From NCBI GenBank assembly GCA_015680685.1, contig MNCI01000596.1, positions 748,612-812,611 on the forward strand: 64,000 nucleotides of DNA, given 5' to 3'. The notes under the pieces were generated by a model that saw nothing but the letters and a program-made list of their open reading frames with translations, made no database searches and had not been told where the DNA came from. This document shows positions 35,789 through 51,137 of this stretch, in pieces. A program made the translations under genes and the position numbers. The DNA is from Gnetum montanum (taxonomy: Eukaryota > Plantae > Gnetophyta). Numbering within the stretch: position 1 is the stretch's first letter; each line of letters opens with the position of its first letter.

Positions 35789-36962
35789 TGAGGATCATAG
35801 AACTTTGAATGGGGGTATGCATAAGTTTCCAAAAACAAAAATAAACAACTACAAAAATCACACTCAATTTCTATGTGGTTCCCCAACTTGGGTACTCCAC
35901 ACTTGCAGGGTAGATCACTTGCAAACCTTAAAAATTTATTTCTCTCAAAATTGTTTTGAAGGGAATCACAACCTGTACAATCTTTAAGCACCACTCTACA
36001 ATGATTCATTATTGCAAATCCAATTAACCTAGTTTGGTCTTGATTAGCTTAGAATGTGGGTTTAAGGATCTTTCAACCTTTACAAATTGAGGTCTACTCC
36101 CAATTGTTGTGACGCTGCACCAACCACTCAATACCGAAAAGCTTAATCATGATGCCTTCTTGCAAGAAGCACATCAACCCTAGCGAGGCAACAAAAGATA
36201 AAAAAAATTATAAGGAAATAATACAACTAGTTTGAAGGTCCTTGTACTTTGAGGTTCAGTATAATATAATTACTACAATAGTACAAATGATGTTACAATG
36301 AGGTATGCAAATAGAATAAAGTATATAATGATTACTTGATGTTGACACTTTCTTGCCTAAAAATGTTTACAATTCCCAAGAGAATAAAGTCTTATTATAG
36401 CCTTGAAGTTTTTGAATTCATCTTAGAATTTGTAAACCAAGTATTTAACAAGTAGTGGAGATGTATTTTTCAAGATTGAGACATCTCTTTGCAACAAAAT
36501 CCAATTTAGGGGAGATGTCTCTTCTGCAAGGGAGACATCTCTAAGGAGACATCTCTAGGAAGATGTCTTGTCTTGAAAGGAGATATCTTCTTTGGGTATC
36601 CTCCATTTTAGCCAAGATGTTTTCTTCATTGGGAAGATGTCTTCACTTGATAGGAGACATCTCCTATTGTTAGGTGACATCTTCTACATTTGAATGCTTG
36701 ATTCCAAAGCTTCGTTTTGATCACCAAAGCATCTTATTTTAGCTTGAAGTATTCTTTACATGTCCATGCTCCCTTGATTCCTTGTATTCTTTAATTTAAT
36801 ATTTATTGTAGATGTCATTCTTTGAGCTCTCCTTTAGTCCTTGTACTCTTTACATAGTCACCCACGTACTTATTCATGTTCTTGTCCTACAAACACAACA
36901 ACCACACAAACATCTTTTTTTCTCTATTTTCCTTAAGGTTTTGGCATGCCAAATGGTTAGTA
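35789..36962 (-). repeat. Copia 3' LTR with an internal GGAGACATCT/AGATGTCT repeat cluster (~36455-36685)
   Basis: Its end ..AAATGGTTAGTA matches the element end ..AAAAGGTTAACA. About 10 semi-palindromic motifs in the U3-like part. Confidence 0.72.
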
Positions 36963-37623
36963 ATATCCCCCTTTTTTTTGATGTTCAAACCTTAAGAAAA
37001 TGGTTTAGTAGTCTCTAGAATGCATCTATTCATATATTTTCAATATTTCTTATAACATTGATTTAGTAGTGCAGTAAATTCCATAAATCATAAACATCAT
37101 ACTCATGTCACATCATAGTCATTAATAATACCACATCACTATAGAATAACTCTCCCCCTTTTCAAACATAATAAAAAATAAGTGAAGAAAATATAAAAAA
37201 TAGAAGAAGAAAATCCACAATCAATCGAAAGATAATGATTTTATATGGTTGATGATGACAAACCAATTGAAAGCTTCCCCTTTTTGTTCATATAGAAGGC
37301 TAGAAACAATGTGGTACAAGCCTTTTAGTTCAGATCCAAAGATTGAAATTTATCATGGAAAATTATATAACCTATCTTTGAGTCAATAAGCCATTACTAA
37401 CAAATTACCACTATATTATTTATAATCATCCAATAGCCTCCTCCTTTAGAAATATCATGATAAGGCATAGCAATTTCATGGTAGGTAAAACATGCATATC
37501 CAACTTTTAAGACAAAGCAAGATATCTTAAAAAGATAAAACATATATGAAAACTAATCATAATTTCACCAAAAAACATCATAAACTAATATATGATAATT
37601 AGGTTAAAAACAAAAAAAATAGC

Positions 37624-37642
37624 ATATATATATATATATATA
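37624..37642. repeat. (AT)n microsatellite
   Basis: ATATATATATATATATATA. Confidence 0.9.
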
Positions 37643-40600
37643 CCTCATTTCGTACCAAAAGAGATCATGAACACCTATTTCAATTCCAATCTTCCATTGA
37701 ACACTTGAGATCTCTAAGGTGAGTATTTCTCAACTCATATTTGCAATGATACATTCTCAACATAAAAAAGGTTAGACATGCATCATTAAATCCTTAACAT
37801 AGAGCTCATAAGTAAGTTCATATAAAGTTTAGGAGCTTTCACCAATAAAGATTATCTTTAAGTAAGGAGTTTAATAAATGTCCTCTTTTACTTACAAAAC
37901 ATTACTAGGTGAATAAGCTCTTCCTTGCTCATTTCTATCTAAGGATATTGGAGTGGAAAGTCTTGTTGCTTGAGTGTCTTTTGGTAGAAGTCCTAAAGAG
38001 ACACCCCCTATACTGGTGGCCTCTTGGATGATAATCAATGATTAGGTATAGACTCTCCTTGCATATGTATGGATATCCTTCTCAATTTAATACTCCCTTT
38101 GAGCCTTTTTGAATTAGCTTGTTCTTTTATAAAAATGTGATTTTCATGATTCTTTTATCATCAAAGTACTACCCATCCAATACAACATTAAGATCAAGTG
38201 TGGAGACTAAGGTCTTCAATTAATAGTACTTCATGATAATACCTCTTAAAATGTTTCTTAGAAGATTCATGAATTTCATCAAGGTGCTAATTCAAATGGT
38301 TAAAAAAATTTTCCAAAAGAAATTGAACTATGTAATTACTAAGGAAAATACAATGCCATACCATTTAGTGAAAGAAAGGATTTTAGTCCAAGAATTTTAT
38401 GCAAGGGTTTTAAACCACTTGAAACCAATACAATTTAGTTAATAATTCAAAAGATGATTTTTTTAATAAAATTTTTTAAAAGTAGCACAAGCATCCATTC
38501 AATCATAAAAATAAATTGATCACATTACGTTCATATATTCACAAGAGATAGCAAGATCAAATATTCACATATTTTAATCTAATAATCAAGTTCTCCAATA
38601 ATTCCCCACTCATACCAAATATCTCCTTTACATATGTACTTATCTAAACATTTGTAGAACTTGGAGCTATTTCCATAGTCTTAGAGTAAATGTAAGTAGA
38701 TATCAAAATAATTTAGACTTTCCAAGTTAAATATTGATACAATATTTAGCAAGCAAGGAAATAGAAGCTTACCTAAACTTATCTTACTTAAAATTGAGGG
38801 GAAGAAGACTAACAAAGTTTGAGATGATGTCCTTTATCATGAAGTACCTCCTTACCTTTTGGCTCTTTTTCATGAGTTCTTTTTCTTGTTATGCAAACTT
38901 ATCTAGGTTCTTCATTATTGAAATATTTTTGATAACCTTCTATAACATCAATTATTTCAAAGACTTTTCCAATTTTCTAATCATCTTTATTTCTAGTTGT
39001 TACTTCCTGCAAAAAATCTTTACTAGGAACTTTTGGACAAGATAAAGTATCAAATTTATTTTGATCAACATGAGAATAATCAAGGTTTTGATTACTACCA
39101 CAATTTTTACTAACTAATAAAGTATTCTCCTCTAATATGAGGTTATCAAATCTAATTATGCTTAACCTTGAGCTTGTATCCTCTTGTGAGACATTTTCTA
39201 ACTCTTCATGCTTAGGCTGTTGCTCACAAGTCTCTCCTTCTTGAAAACCTTTGTAATCCTTATTTAAAAGGGTTAGTTGTTGAATCTCAGCCTTTATGTC
39301 TAAGATTTCTCCTTTCAATTTAGAGTAAATTGCATCAAGATTTGTATTTAATAATTTCTTTACCTTTCTAAGTAAGTAATGTAGGACAAGAATTTCTTCT
39401 CGTAATTCACTATACCTTTCATCATACTCACCACTTGGTTCAATAGCATGTAGTGAATTTTCATATGTAAGAGCCATGTGTATGAGTTAAGAAATTTTTG
39501 TAGAGGTATTCATTTCCTCCTCACTTTGCTTACCATTATCCCAATTGATGTACAAGTTTTAGTCTTCATATTAGTCTTGTCTTTACATTGTAACCTATCA
39601 TTGCTAGGACGTTTAGAGGCCACATGGCCTCTTCCTCCACATACCCAACATTCTATTGAAGAAGCATCAAGATTTGAATTTGAAAAATTCTTACCTTTGT
39701 CCTTACCTTTTAAGTTTAACTGATTGGGGCCTATATGATTAAAGCCTCTACCTTTCTAGCAAGCAACTGTTGGATTCTTTGAGAAAGAAGAGCTACTTCC
39801 TCTTCACTGCTTACATCTTCATCATCAAGTTCCTTTTCCATTGAAGCATATTTTAAAGTAGTTGGGTTTTCCTTAATAGTTCCTTCACTTATGAGATTCA
39901 TTTCATAAGGAATGAGAGCACTTTGAATCAATTAAAATTTGATTTTGAGATATCCCTAATTTATTCATTTTGCTTAAGGTATTAACATAACAAAAGGTTA
40001 ACAAATACTTTGATGGTAGTCAACCAAGTTCACACATTGTTCCAAAATCATCTTGGTATAGTATACCATTTGGCTGGGTGAGTATGATTGTAATGTATGG
40101 TTTATTTTGATTATGATCATTCTACCTACCTTCCCTTAGCATTAAAAGTTTCTAATGTTTTAAATGCTACACATCCTACAAGTACAAAGTTAGCAACAAA
40201 TGTTTGGTTAAGAATGACTGAACCTTGGAGGTGACTTAGATTGTAGTAGGTGTATTTATCCAATATCTTAAGATTAGACACATAGTGGTTGATTAGTTGA
40301 AGGAAAATTTCAAAAACTACACCCAAGTCTTTGCTCCATTCTTCAAGAGGTGTGTGGCCACCAAAAGGATCCACAATTGGTGGACCACATTGAAACACCT
40401 TCTAGAACTAGATACCACCATTAAAACCTCCACACAACCTTCACCTATTAGAAAGAAGAGAGGTAAGAACAAGTATGACTTTGGCTAGATAACATTTTTA
40501 TGGCTATGTAGTTTTAGGCTACTCATGTTATAAGTGTTCTAATGGTTTTAAGTGGCTGTTCTTGGTGATAGATAATGTTTTCATGCCTTAGCTAACAAGC

Positions 40601-41083
40601 CATTTTTTTTGTCTTGTAGAGACTTCCACCTCTTCTAGAATTACTTTGACTATTTTGGGACTTGTTAAGGAGAACCTCATCCTAAGATTTAATGAGGTGG
40701 AAGTAGCATAACATTGGTTTAGGAAGCATGCCCCTAGAAATGTTCAAGCATGCATTGCTCATGTAGGTTTTCTTGACCTATTCATGGCACCTACCTCAAC
40801 GATTCTTGCTACTGAGATGATGAACATCATTGAATCCTTTAACAAAGGCACCAATAATTTCATGACCAAGATGTAGGGTGTAGTAATAATCTTATCCATT
40901 GATGAGAATACCTTTTGTAATCTCTTCGATGTTCCCACTAAAGGAATGAAGGTTGTCATGAAATCAATTAAGGAGGTGGGCCACCACAAGGAGGTGAAAG
41001 CATGGTTTGGTGTACATCGTGGCCATTCTAGGTTATTCATTGATGATTTATATGTACCTAACATTAGGGAGTCTTATCCCTTC

Positions 41084-41845
41084 TGATGAAGCATCAAAGT
41101 GTCAGGTCTATTGACCCTCATTGATGTGGCCTCATTGACAAGTCCTCATCTATGTAGCCCCATATATGTGGTGTTGCCCCATCAACAAGGGCACATCGAT
41201 GTAGCTTTTGCTATGTTTATGGAGTCCCATCAATGTAGCTCCATAATAAAGTCTATAAATACATGCTCACTAGCCATGTTTATCAGAGGTCATATCATAG
41301 TTGTAGTAGAGCTCTTGTAGTTTTATCATTCAAGAGTTATAATATTTCTCTAAGTGCCCACAACAAGAGTTAGAAAGTGTATGAATCTTTATTCAAGAAC
41401 TATTGTACTTGAACACACCAATGTGAATGACAATAAAGATGAGCCTTTTGATCAAACCTTGCAACACTTTAAATAAATTAATAATTTATTTCTGCATTTG
41501 TTGTTTTCTTCAATTATGTAATTAATTAAGCTAAATTAGAATTTGATTGATTAGTTAATTGATTAAGGTAAATATGTTAAACACATAAGTATGACCACTT
41601 CGAGCATAACATATAGCACTTGGTAATCTCAGTAGCACTTAATGCTTAGTAGCCCAGTAGTGTTGTATGCATTTAGAATGTGTACAGAAAGTGGGACCAG
41701 ATACTTATGTTAGGATTAGATAAAGATTAATTAATTAGTTAAATTAAATTACTTCATTTCTATATTTTAAAATACTAGGAACATAAAACATAAAATAATA
41801 AAAATCATATGCCTTGATTACACTTAATCATACTTTTGTACATCA
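41084..41845 (+). repeat. Probable LTR of an Athila-like Ty3 element
   Basis: Host homology stops at 41083. TGATG...CATCA termini and a CTATAAATA box at ~41253. No partner LTR found in the window. Confidence 0.6.
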
Positions 41846-42989
41846 CAAGTGTAATTGGGGAGACAACGAATGACTGTTAGGGCAAGTTCACTTCCTAGAG
41901 GCTAGTGTACTAAATGACATAGAGTCCAAGAAATTTAATCAATCATGCATGAATGCTTAGTGATTTTTATGGTTGAGCATAGGGGTACTCACTGCTCATC
42001 ATTGGCATCATTGTTGAGAACTCTTTTTTTTTTTTGAAATGTGCACTATGTAGCTTTAGTGAACTTCATTAACATCATTGGATAAAACCTATGGTCAAAA
42101 TCATTCGCAAAATAAATATAACCACGTAAACACACTAATATCTTATTAATATTGCAAAATTTATTCTTCTCATAGGAGCGATGATACTAAACCACCTGTC
42201 CCTTAAGAATGCAAGGTGGTGTATACTCATCTAGATGAGAATGTGCCTAACTTCAACTTCATCTTGCACTAGGATGAACAATTGTGATGGCTTGACATGA
42301 GAGGAAACATTGTAATGTCTCCTGATCAATCTATTCTTGGGATGTTGCTTTAAAATCTTAGGAGGTTGGGTATCTAGGATCTTCAAAAGGAGTAGGTTGT
42401 GCATGACTATGAATACCATGACTACAATCCCATTGAAACACAATGCAAGAGATATTGACACCAAGAGAAGAACCATGAGATTATGAAGGAAAAATGATTC
42501 ACCAATCCCTTGTTCTTGCTTAAACAAAACAATAATGAGGATCCTCCCTCTAGGGGTTCTCAACATGAAGATTATCCACCCCTAGTTATTGTTGATGGGG
42601 GTGTGGCCTTGTATCTGTAGTCTACTATCAATAATCTAGGTTCTAGGAAAAATGGAAGCCAAGGGAGGGGCTTAGACAAGCATCAAGATGACAATGAAAC
42701 TAACAAATGTGGCCATGGAAATCATAGAGGAGTTGGTAGAAATCATGGTGGTGGTAGTCCTCCTCCCTCTTCATCCTCTTCATTTGCATCTTTTTCTTTT
42801 TCCTGTTCTAGTTCTTACAAACATTGCAAAAAGAACAATTGTGATGAAGGGGAACAATGAGATAACATTGATGATTGTTGGACCCACCATGAATAAAGAG
42901 GTAGTAGAGGAAATCATCTATGTCATCAAAATAATGATGATGATGAGCCTTTACTAGTAACCCAAAGCATGCTAAATATTACCAAGGCC

Positions 42990-45070
42990 ATAAAATTCCA
43001 ACCAAGCATGTGAAAGGTAGTCAGATTCGCTCAGTTGGAAAAAGAGTAATCTCATGGTCCAAAAAGGCATTGTATTATGGCACATAATTTCATAAGAAGG
43101 GATCAAGGTAGATCCCAAAAAGATAAGGGTCATCCAATGAATCATCTATAAACTAGAAATTGTAAAAGATGTTTGGCCATTTCTTGGATACACTAGCTAC
43201 TACCAACAATTTATAGAGAATTTTTGTAAGATTGCAAAATCATTAGTTGAGCTGACAAAGAACGATGTTGTCTACATCTAGACCAAGGAATGTATAAATG
43301 CATTCTAGAGCCTCAAGCAAAAGCTTGTAGAAACTCTAATTCTACAACTGGTTCAAACCATTCTATATCATGATAGATGCATCTAACTATGCCTTGGGAG
43401 CCATGATTACATAGTTAGATGATAAGAAACATCCATATTACATCCACTACATAAGTTGAATCATTTTGGGTGCATCGTTAAATTACACCATCATAGAGAA
43501 GGAACTAATGGTGATGGTATATGATCTAGAAAAGTTCAGGCACTGTGTGCTTGGATATAAAGTGTTTGTGCATATTAATCACAATGGCATCCACTTCCTC
43601 ATGAATAAGCCAATGATGAGCCCCCATGCAATATGGTGGCTGGTGATCTTGCAGGAATTTGATCTTTAAATGGTAGATTGAAAGGGAACTAAGAATGTTG
43701 TTACCGATCACTTGTCTTGGTTACAATAGGATAGTAAAGAGGAGGAGAACCCATTCTTTGACTAATCTCCTAATGAGCTCCTCTTTGTTGGTGTAATAAA
43801 TGAACAAGCACCCCTAGAACCAAAATGGTATAATGGCATCCTCACTTATATTCTCACTCATGAGATGCCACAAGATCTAGACTATAAGAAGAAACAATAA
43901 TTTCTTCATCAGGATATTCACTTCATGAAAATCAATGGACACCTTTATAAGGTGTGTATTGATGGCCTAGTTTGTTGGTATGTACCTAATGCAGATCAAA
44001 TGCCAATTCTAGAGGATGCTCATGAAGGTACTTACAAAGGCCACTATGTTGGGAGATGCATGGTCATAAAAATCCTGATGGCAGGATATTATTGGCCCAC
44101 AATCTTTAGGAATGTCCACCAATTTATCTGATCTTGTGAGCACGATAAACGAGATGGTGAGATGATTGCACATCTAGAGAGTGCTCAATAGTGGATTCAA
44201 TCATTGGAACCCTTTAACATATGGGGCATATACTTCATGGGTCTCATCACACCCATGTCCAATGGGAAGGCATATATAATCATTGTTGTTGATTACTACA
44301 TAAAACAAGTAGAATCAGTAGTTGTCATTGATTGTACATCTTCTATTGCTACTCAGTTTAAACAACAGAATGTTGTAAATAGGTTTGGAGTACCATGTGC
44401 ACTAATTTTTGTTAATGAAACCCATTTTATAGGTGGTACTTTTCACAAGCTTATGCAACGCTTTGGGGTTGAACATAAATTAATAACACCCTACCCCCCC
44501 CAAGCCAATAGTCAAGCAAAGGTGACTAATAGGGAGTTCACAAAGATTCTAACAAGAACTATTAGCAAATATAGGAGAGATTGGAGCACAAAACTTAACA
44601 ATGCCATTTGGTTCTATCACTCAACATGGAAACTTCCTATTTGCTACCCTCCCTATGAATTGGTGTATGGAAAAATTCCAATGCTCCCAATTTAATTCAA
44701 GCTCTATACACTCTCAACAACGTATGACCTATACCTTGACCTACTTATAGCTCAAAAAAGAAAGACTAATGAACCTAAATGTGCTAGACAAAATTTGATT
44801 AGTATCTCTATTCTTAAATGAAGTACACAAGGCGTTCAACAAACAATGACATGACCTTAGGATATGAAAAGAGAAATTTTAACTTGGAGACGAGGTTCTC
44901 TACTGGAATCCCACACACATACCTCAACAAACAAAATTTCAAACATTGTGGAAGGGCCCTTATATAATTGATGAAACCTTTCCTTTAGGGGCCATGATCA
45001 TATATAAACTTGAAAGCCCAAACAAGAAGTAGTTGGTCAACATCCAATAGATAAAGTATTTCCATGAGCC
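42990..45070 (+). pseudogene. pol: Ty3/gypsy pol remnant: RT C-terminus, RNase H, integrase
   Basis: MVQKGIVLWHIIS*EGIKVDPKKI; DASNYALGA; NYTIIEKELM; HEGTYKGHY; PFNIWGIYFMG; TPYPPQANSQ; WKGPY. Most of gag, PR and RT is deleted. Confidence 0.85.
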
Positions 45071-45899
45071 CATGTAAGCTAGTACAATAAATACCTCAAT
45101 GGATGAAAAACCACACTTAATTTTTTAGATCTCCTACTTCCAACTCAGTTATGGGGGAGATGGCCATCTATGCTAATCGTATACGTGGCTCCTTAACTTT
45201 TCTATTTTTTATTTTACACATTTTTTTGTTTTTCAAATTATTTATTTTATAATCTTTTCTTATGTTTACAACCTTTTCTTATTTTACACCATTTTTTGTT
45301 TTACACCATCATTAGTAAATTTTAAATATTTCTTAAATATTTTACACTTTCTTATATATTTTACTTTATTTTAGTGTGATTTTCTAATTTGTGTTAATAA
45401 ATGCGCTTAATGCCAACAAGACACAATGGTGTTGTAGCTATTGCTAATGGTGGTTTGTGCTTAATGTTTTGTTTGCTAATGTTTGGTTTCTATTTTTAAA
45501 TTTTTGTGTTGATGGCTAAGACATGGTTTCTTTTTCATGGAACAAGAAATGAGTCCACGACATCTACACACCCATAAAATCTATAGTTTTCCTTATTGTG
45601 GAAGTATGAGGTCCCTTTCATTAAGTAAACTTTTAATAAATTTATGACCTTAGTAGTTTCTAGAATTGGAAAGGATTCAAAGGTTTCTACAGGGTGTGAC
45701 TTCAAGGGGACTCAATATTCTTTGTACTCTTCTACTTACTTGGGTGCATTTGTGTTTTCATAGACTTCTTATCATTTCATGTCAGCCAATAAAAAAAAGT
45801 TGAATAAGTCTTTACAAAACCTTATTCTAACACACAATCATTCATAAAGATTTCAAAAAGTATACAACCTTTATTTAATGTGTAGGCTGCTCATACATA

Positions 45900-48800
45900 A
45901 TCTATGTCTCAATCATAAATTCCATGAAAAGGACTTCAACAAATACCACATCCTTTGCCTCATCATTTAGTATCTCCAAGTAACCAATTTAATTGGTTTT
46001 AACAAATTCAAAACCAAGTTCCTTATCAAGGAATGCCTAACCAGATTTTGTTAAAAGACTTAATGGGAAGAAAATCAACTACCACTCTTTCCCCTCTTTT
46101 TTTACCTACTTTACAAGATGTTAAACTTAAAAATTTGGTAACATTTTCATAATTTTATGTTACAGATAAAGAAGGCCCATACCATCATATAAAAGCCTTT
46201 GAAATGTTAATAGTTATGTGTGGTAATAATGTTGTAGAATGTACTAAAGTGAGTATATTTCTCCTTACTTTTAGAGATCATGAATTATCATAGTATGGAT
46301 CATTAAAAAAATATTTTATTCAATCATAAAAAGGATTTAAGGATGAGTTTTTAAATCAATTTCTATATTTTACAAAAATTCATCAATATAAAAAAGAACT
46401 TTTAGTCTTTCAATAAAAATAAAATCAGACTTATGAATAGGTCTTGGATCATTTTAAGAACATAAGTGTAAGGAACACTAATCATGGCTTTTTAGAATGC
46501 CAATTACTAGGATTTTTTCTCAATGATTTGACACCTATTACATGATAGAGTATTGATTATTCTTGTTGTGGCACAATCATGTGAATGTCACCTAAAGGAG
46601 CATTTGATGGATTAGATCAAATAGTAGATAAAAGAAAGAGTTGGCCTATTAATAAAATGGACAATATGTTAGAACATACTGTGATGATGGGTTTGGGAAA
46701 AAAATTAAAGAGGTTAATAAGAAATTATCTTTATCTATGCCTTCTAATACCTTTGTGCAGGATCAATCTTCTTAGTTTCAAGAACAAAAATTACTTCATC
46801 CTGATGAGGAAATTCATAAAATTAATTGACCCTAGGCTAGAGGTATGGATTTTCCGTATTCTTGCATAATTTTTAAAGAGATTGACCATACTGCCTATGA
46901 TTCTCTTATTTTCCCATTTATTAAAGAACAAGATAACATTGTAGGAAGTTAAGGTGGACAAGGGAGAAACTCAACTTTGCAAGGTAAGGGATGGAATTCT
47001 AATTAGAAACAAAATTATTAGTTATGTCCTCCATTTTGATCCAACTATTAGAGTCATAATAATAATTTAAAGTGATCTTGGAGACCTAACCAAAATCATG
47101 AATTTCAATAGCATATGCTGCAGCAAAATGAGAGTTTGAAACATACCTTGTAGCAACAAAATGATCATATAATTAAGCTTATTTAAGCCCTACAACCTAA
47201 AGATACATTACCAGCACAAACATAACGAAATCCTAAGTATCAAGTAAGACCAAAATTACACCTAGTTTCTTTAAGCAAAATCAATCAATGTAATGTAGTT
47301 ACTAGAAGTGGAAGAGTTATTGATCTTCAAATTCCTTTTTAAAGGTCTATTAAAAATAAAGAATTAGAGGATCAATCTAAATGAATTATTGCAAAGTATC
47401 TTTCTATGAAGGAGGGACCTAATCCATTGATTCCTTCAGTTGAACCAAATAATTCTTTTTCTTCTTAGGAACCTTTTTCCTCATAGGTTAGAATAAAATG
47501 AGGTTGATGATAAGCAACTTGAGAACCTTGGAAAAGATGTATCCTTATATGTTCCCTTATTGAGGGCCATTGAAGATACTCTTCAATATGAGAAAAACTT
47601 TAAGGAACTTTGTTCTATGAAGGAGAAAATTAGAATATCCAAGCATGTTAGCCTTGTTAAGAATATCACAAACATACTAAAGGCTAGGATGCCTAAAAAG
47701 GAAATAGATCCTGATAGTCCTATGGTTACATGCATAATTCGTAATAAGAAGTTTCATCATGTGTTAGTGGATCTAGGGGCTAGTGTAAATATTATGCCAT
47801 TTAAAATTTATCAGTCATTGGGTTATGATCATATTAAACCTACTAATCATACCATTTCTTGGATATAAGGGTCTACTATTTATCTGAAAGGTATTGTTGA
47901 GGATATTTTGGTACAAGTGGATAAAGCCTTGTACCTTGCTAATTTCATTATACTAGATTATTATACATCTTCTTTGAATAATGTTTATCCTATGATTTTA
48001 TGCAAGTCCATGTTGGTAACTATGGATGTGTTTATCTATGTAAAGACTATATTGATGACCTTAAAATTTGCAAATATGAATTTTTTAGTCAATTTATATA
48101 ACCCTGACAACCAGTTCTAGTTTTATGAACTTAATATGGTTAATGCTACTAGAAAACATGGTTTCTTCTGAATTATGTGATTGGGATAAGGTGTATTAGG
48201 TAACAACATTGGAAGAGTATAAATATATAACAATGGATGAAGAAAGATAAGACCTATGTACTCAAGTGGAAGATGCCTTGGATGGTAAGGATTCATTTAA
48301 GATGGAAAAATGTTCTTTTGTTGTGAGTGATGATGAGGTAACTTTAGATTTAAAGGAACTTCATTCTCACTTAAAATATATTTATTTTGAGAGGAATAAA
48401 CAATTGATAATTAGTTTAGATTTAACAACTAATCAAGAATAGAGAATAATTTAGGCTTTAATAAATTCAATTGAAGCTTTTACTTGGCAACCTTTAGATC
48501 TTAAGCAAGGGATTTTTCCATGTATTGTTCAACACCATATCCATTTGCAGGCTAAGGCTAGACCATGACAAAAACTACATAGGAGGCTTAACCCATCCAT
48601 GAAGCAAGTGGTCTATGATGAACTTTTAAAATTACTTTAGGCAAGTATTATTTATTTGATTTCTAATTCTGAGTGGATTAGCCCTATTATGGTGGTGCCT
48701 AAAAAGTCTAGTAAGTGGTGTGTCTATATTGATTTCCATAAATTAAATAAATGAAAAAACAAGGATTATTTTCTACTTTAATATTTAGATCAGGTTCTAT

Positions 48801-51137
48801 ATAACCTTTAAGGGCACAAATTTTATTATTTTCTTGATGGATTTAGTGGTTATAATAAGATTTCTATTGCCACTAAGGATCAACATTAAACAATGTTTAC
48901 TATACTGTGGAGAACGTTTACATTTCAATGGATGCCCTTTGGATTGTGTAATGATCCTAATAAATTTCAAAGGGCTATGAAATCTAATTTTCAACATTAT
49001 TTATTTGTTTCTTAAGGTTTTCATGGACAATTTTTCAGTCTATGATGATTCATTCTCTACTGCCTTGTGTCATCATTAGTTAGTGTTGCATAGGTGTAAT
49101 GATAAGATCTTAGATTATCTTGGGAAAGGTATCATTTCATGGTCTCTTAGAGTGTTGTGTTTGGCCACATTTTAAGTAACAAGGGAATTATAAAAGATCT
49201 TGAAAAAATAAAAGTTATCTCCCATCTTACTCATCCTATTAATGTCAAGGATTTACATGGATTTTTGGGACATGCTAGTTTCTACATATGATTCATCAAG
49301 GATTTTTCATTAATTACACAACCATTGGTAAAAATTTTATAAAATGAAATTATTTTTAAATGGATTGAATATTGCAAAAATGCATTTTAAATTTTGAAAG
49401 CTAAGCTTTCTTTAGCACCAATTTTATAGGGATCATATTGAAGCAAGAACTTTAAACTTATGATAGATGCCCCAAACCTTGCAATTGGAATAGTATTGAC
49501 TCAAAGTAAAGATAATATTCCATATATTATTTATTATATTTCTAAGATATTGACCCATACTCAAGTAAATTATATTACTATAGATAAAGAGATGTTAGTG
49601 GTTATATATAGTTTAAATAAATTTCATCATTATTTAATTGGTTTTCATACTATAGTTTCTATTGATCATGTTGCTAGTAAGTATTTGCATAATAAAAAAA
49701 TTGAAAGTCCTAGATTAATTTGTTGATGTATTTTGTTGAAAGAATTTGATTTCATGATTTGTGATTAGAAAGTATCTAAGAATTTAGTTGTAAATCATTT
49801 ATGTATATTGAAGCATAGTTCAAAGTTGGAGACATCTCACACCTTTATTGATGTATTTTTGGATGATCATTTGTTCACTTGTTGGGCTCGAGTTATTATT
49901 CATAAAGTTTAAGATCCTTGATATGCATATATTGCTAATTATTTAGCTGTATGAAAATTACCAAAGCCTTGGATTAAGGGACAAAAATAGACTTTAGTAA
50001 TCAAGGCATAATGGTTCATTTGGGAAGATTCATTCATGTACAATATTTGTAAGGAATAGATTATTTGATGATGTCTATCAGAATAAGAACAAGAAAAGGC
50101 AACGACTCTAAAGCATGATGGAGAGTGTGGAGGCTACTTCGCAAGTAAGAAAACTTCATACAAATTCCTTGATGCTAGATTTATTGGCCTATCTTATTTA
50201 GGGATACATATGCATATTGTAAGCAATGTTACCAATACCAGTGAATGGGATGACTTACAAGATGATAAGACATGACATTGTTACCTCTCTTGGTAGAGTG
50301 TGAGACCTTTTATTATTAGGACATTTATTTCATGGGTTCATTTGGTTGAAGAAATTTGTGTAAGTACAACTTAATTTTCATTGATTATGTCACAAAATGA
50401 ATCTTAGCAAAGGTAGCTAGGCATGATGATGTAAAAATGATAGTTAGATTCTTAAGAGAGGATTTAATTCCATGCTTTAAATACCTCCAAATTTTAATTA
50501 GTGATCAACACGCCCATTTTGTAAATGATAAAATGGAAAAATAATGTTACATAAAGTGGGAATTACATATCATATTGCTACTACCTATCATCTTTAATCA
50601 AATGGCTTGGTTGAAAGCATGAATAAGAAAATTAAAAATATTTTGCAAAACGTTGTAGGAGGTAATAGAATAGATTAGTCTTATCATTTACCTAATGCAT
50701 TATGGGCCATTTGTACTTCATATAAATAATCTCTTGGTTTTGCCCTGTATGAACTAGTATTCAGTAAGCAATGTCTTATTCCTTCTTCTATATAAACTAA
50801 GTATTTTCAAATGCAACATCAATTGGAAATAAACTTGGATTCATGTCTTTTTGCTTGTTTATTTGCTTTTAACCATTTAGATGAAGATTGTATGTATGAT
50901 TTAGTTAGGCCATGTTTGTATAAGAAGTAGATGAAAATGTGGCATGATAAGAGGATTATGAGAAAGTTTTCCTTAAAAGGAGATTTACTTTTATTATTTA
51001 ATATGAGGCTCACAAAATTTACTAGGAAATTAGAATTGAAATGGGAGGGATCATATAGGGTTATTAAGGTCCTAGGTAATGGTGTGATTAACATTTCTAG
51101 GGTTGGTAGTTCTGAGTCCTTACATTTGAATGGTTAG
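45900..51137 (+). pseudogene. pol: Athila-like Ty3/gypsy gag-pol, heavily decayed (gag, PR, RT, RH, INT)
   Basis: PR: DPDSPMVTCII..VLVDLGASVNIMP. RT: FLDGFSGYNKI, WMPFGLCN. RH: NYITIDKEMLVV. INT C-terminus: KMWHDKRI..LKWEGSY. Confidence 0.85.

Larger units (their letters stand above)
35789..40003 (-). mobile_element. Internally deleted Ty1/copia (Sirevirus-like) element
   Basis: TG..CA ends with TSD AATAC (35784-35788, 40004-40008). One complete LTR (35789-36962). PPT-like tracts at ~36964-36980 and ~37150-37162. Decayed gag knuckle ECWVCGGRGHVASKRP at ~39605-39655. RT remnant CIGFKW at ~38415-38435. Only ~50 bp of the other LTR remains. Confidence 0.78.
31870..41083 (-). mobile_element. Outer Tat copy, right part: repeat array and accessory gene, interrupted by a copia and cut by the LTR at 41084
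   Basis: The reverse complement is colinear with ~13560-18640. For example, 40620-41083 matches the exon at 13560-14020, and 35400-35788 matches 14560-14950. Confidence 0.8.

Noticed and set aside
41846-41865. PBS after the 41084-41845 LTR
   Set aside because: CAAGTGTAATTGGGGAG is too decayed to assign to a tRNA.
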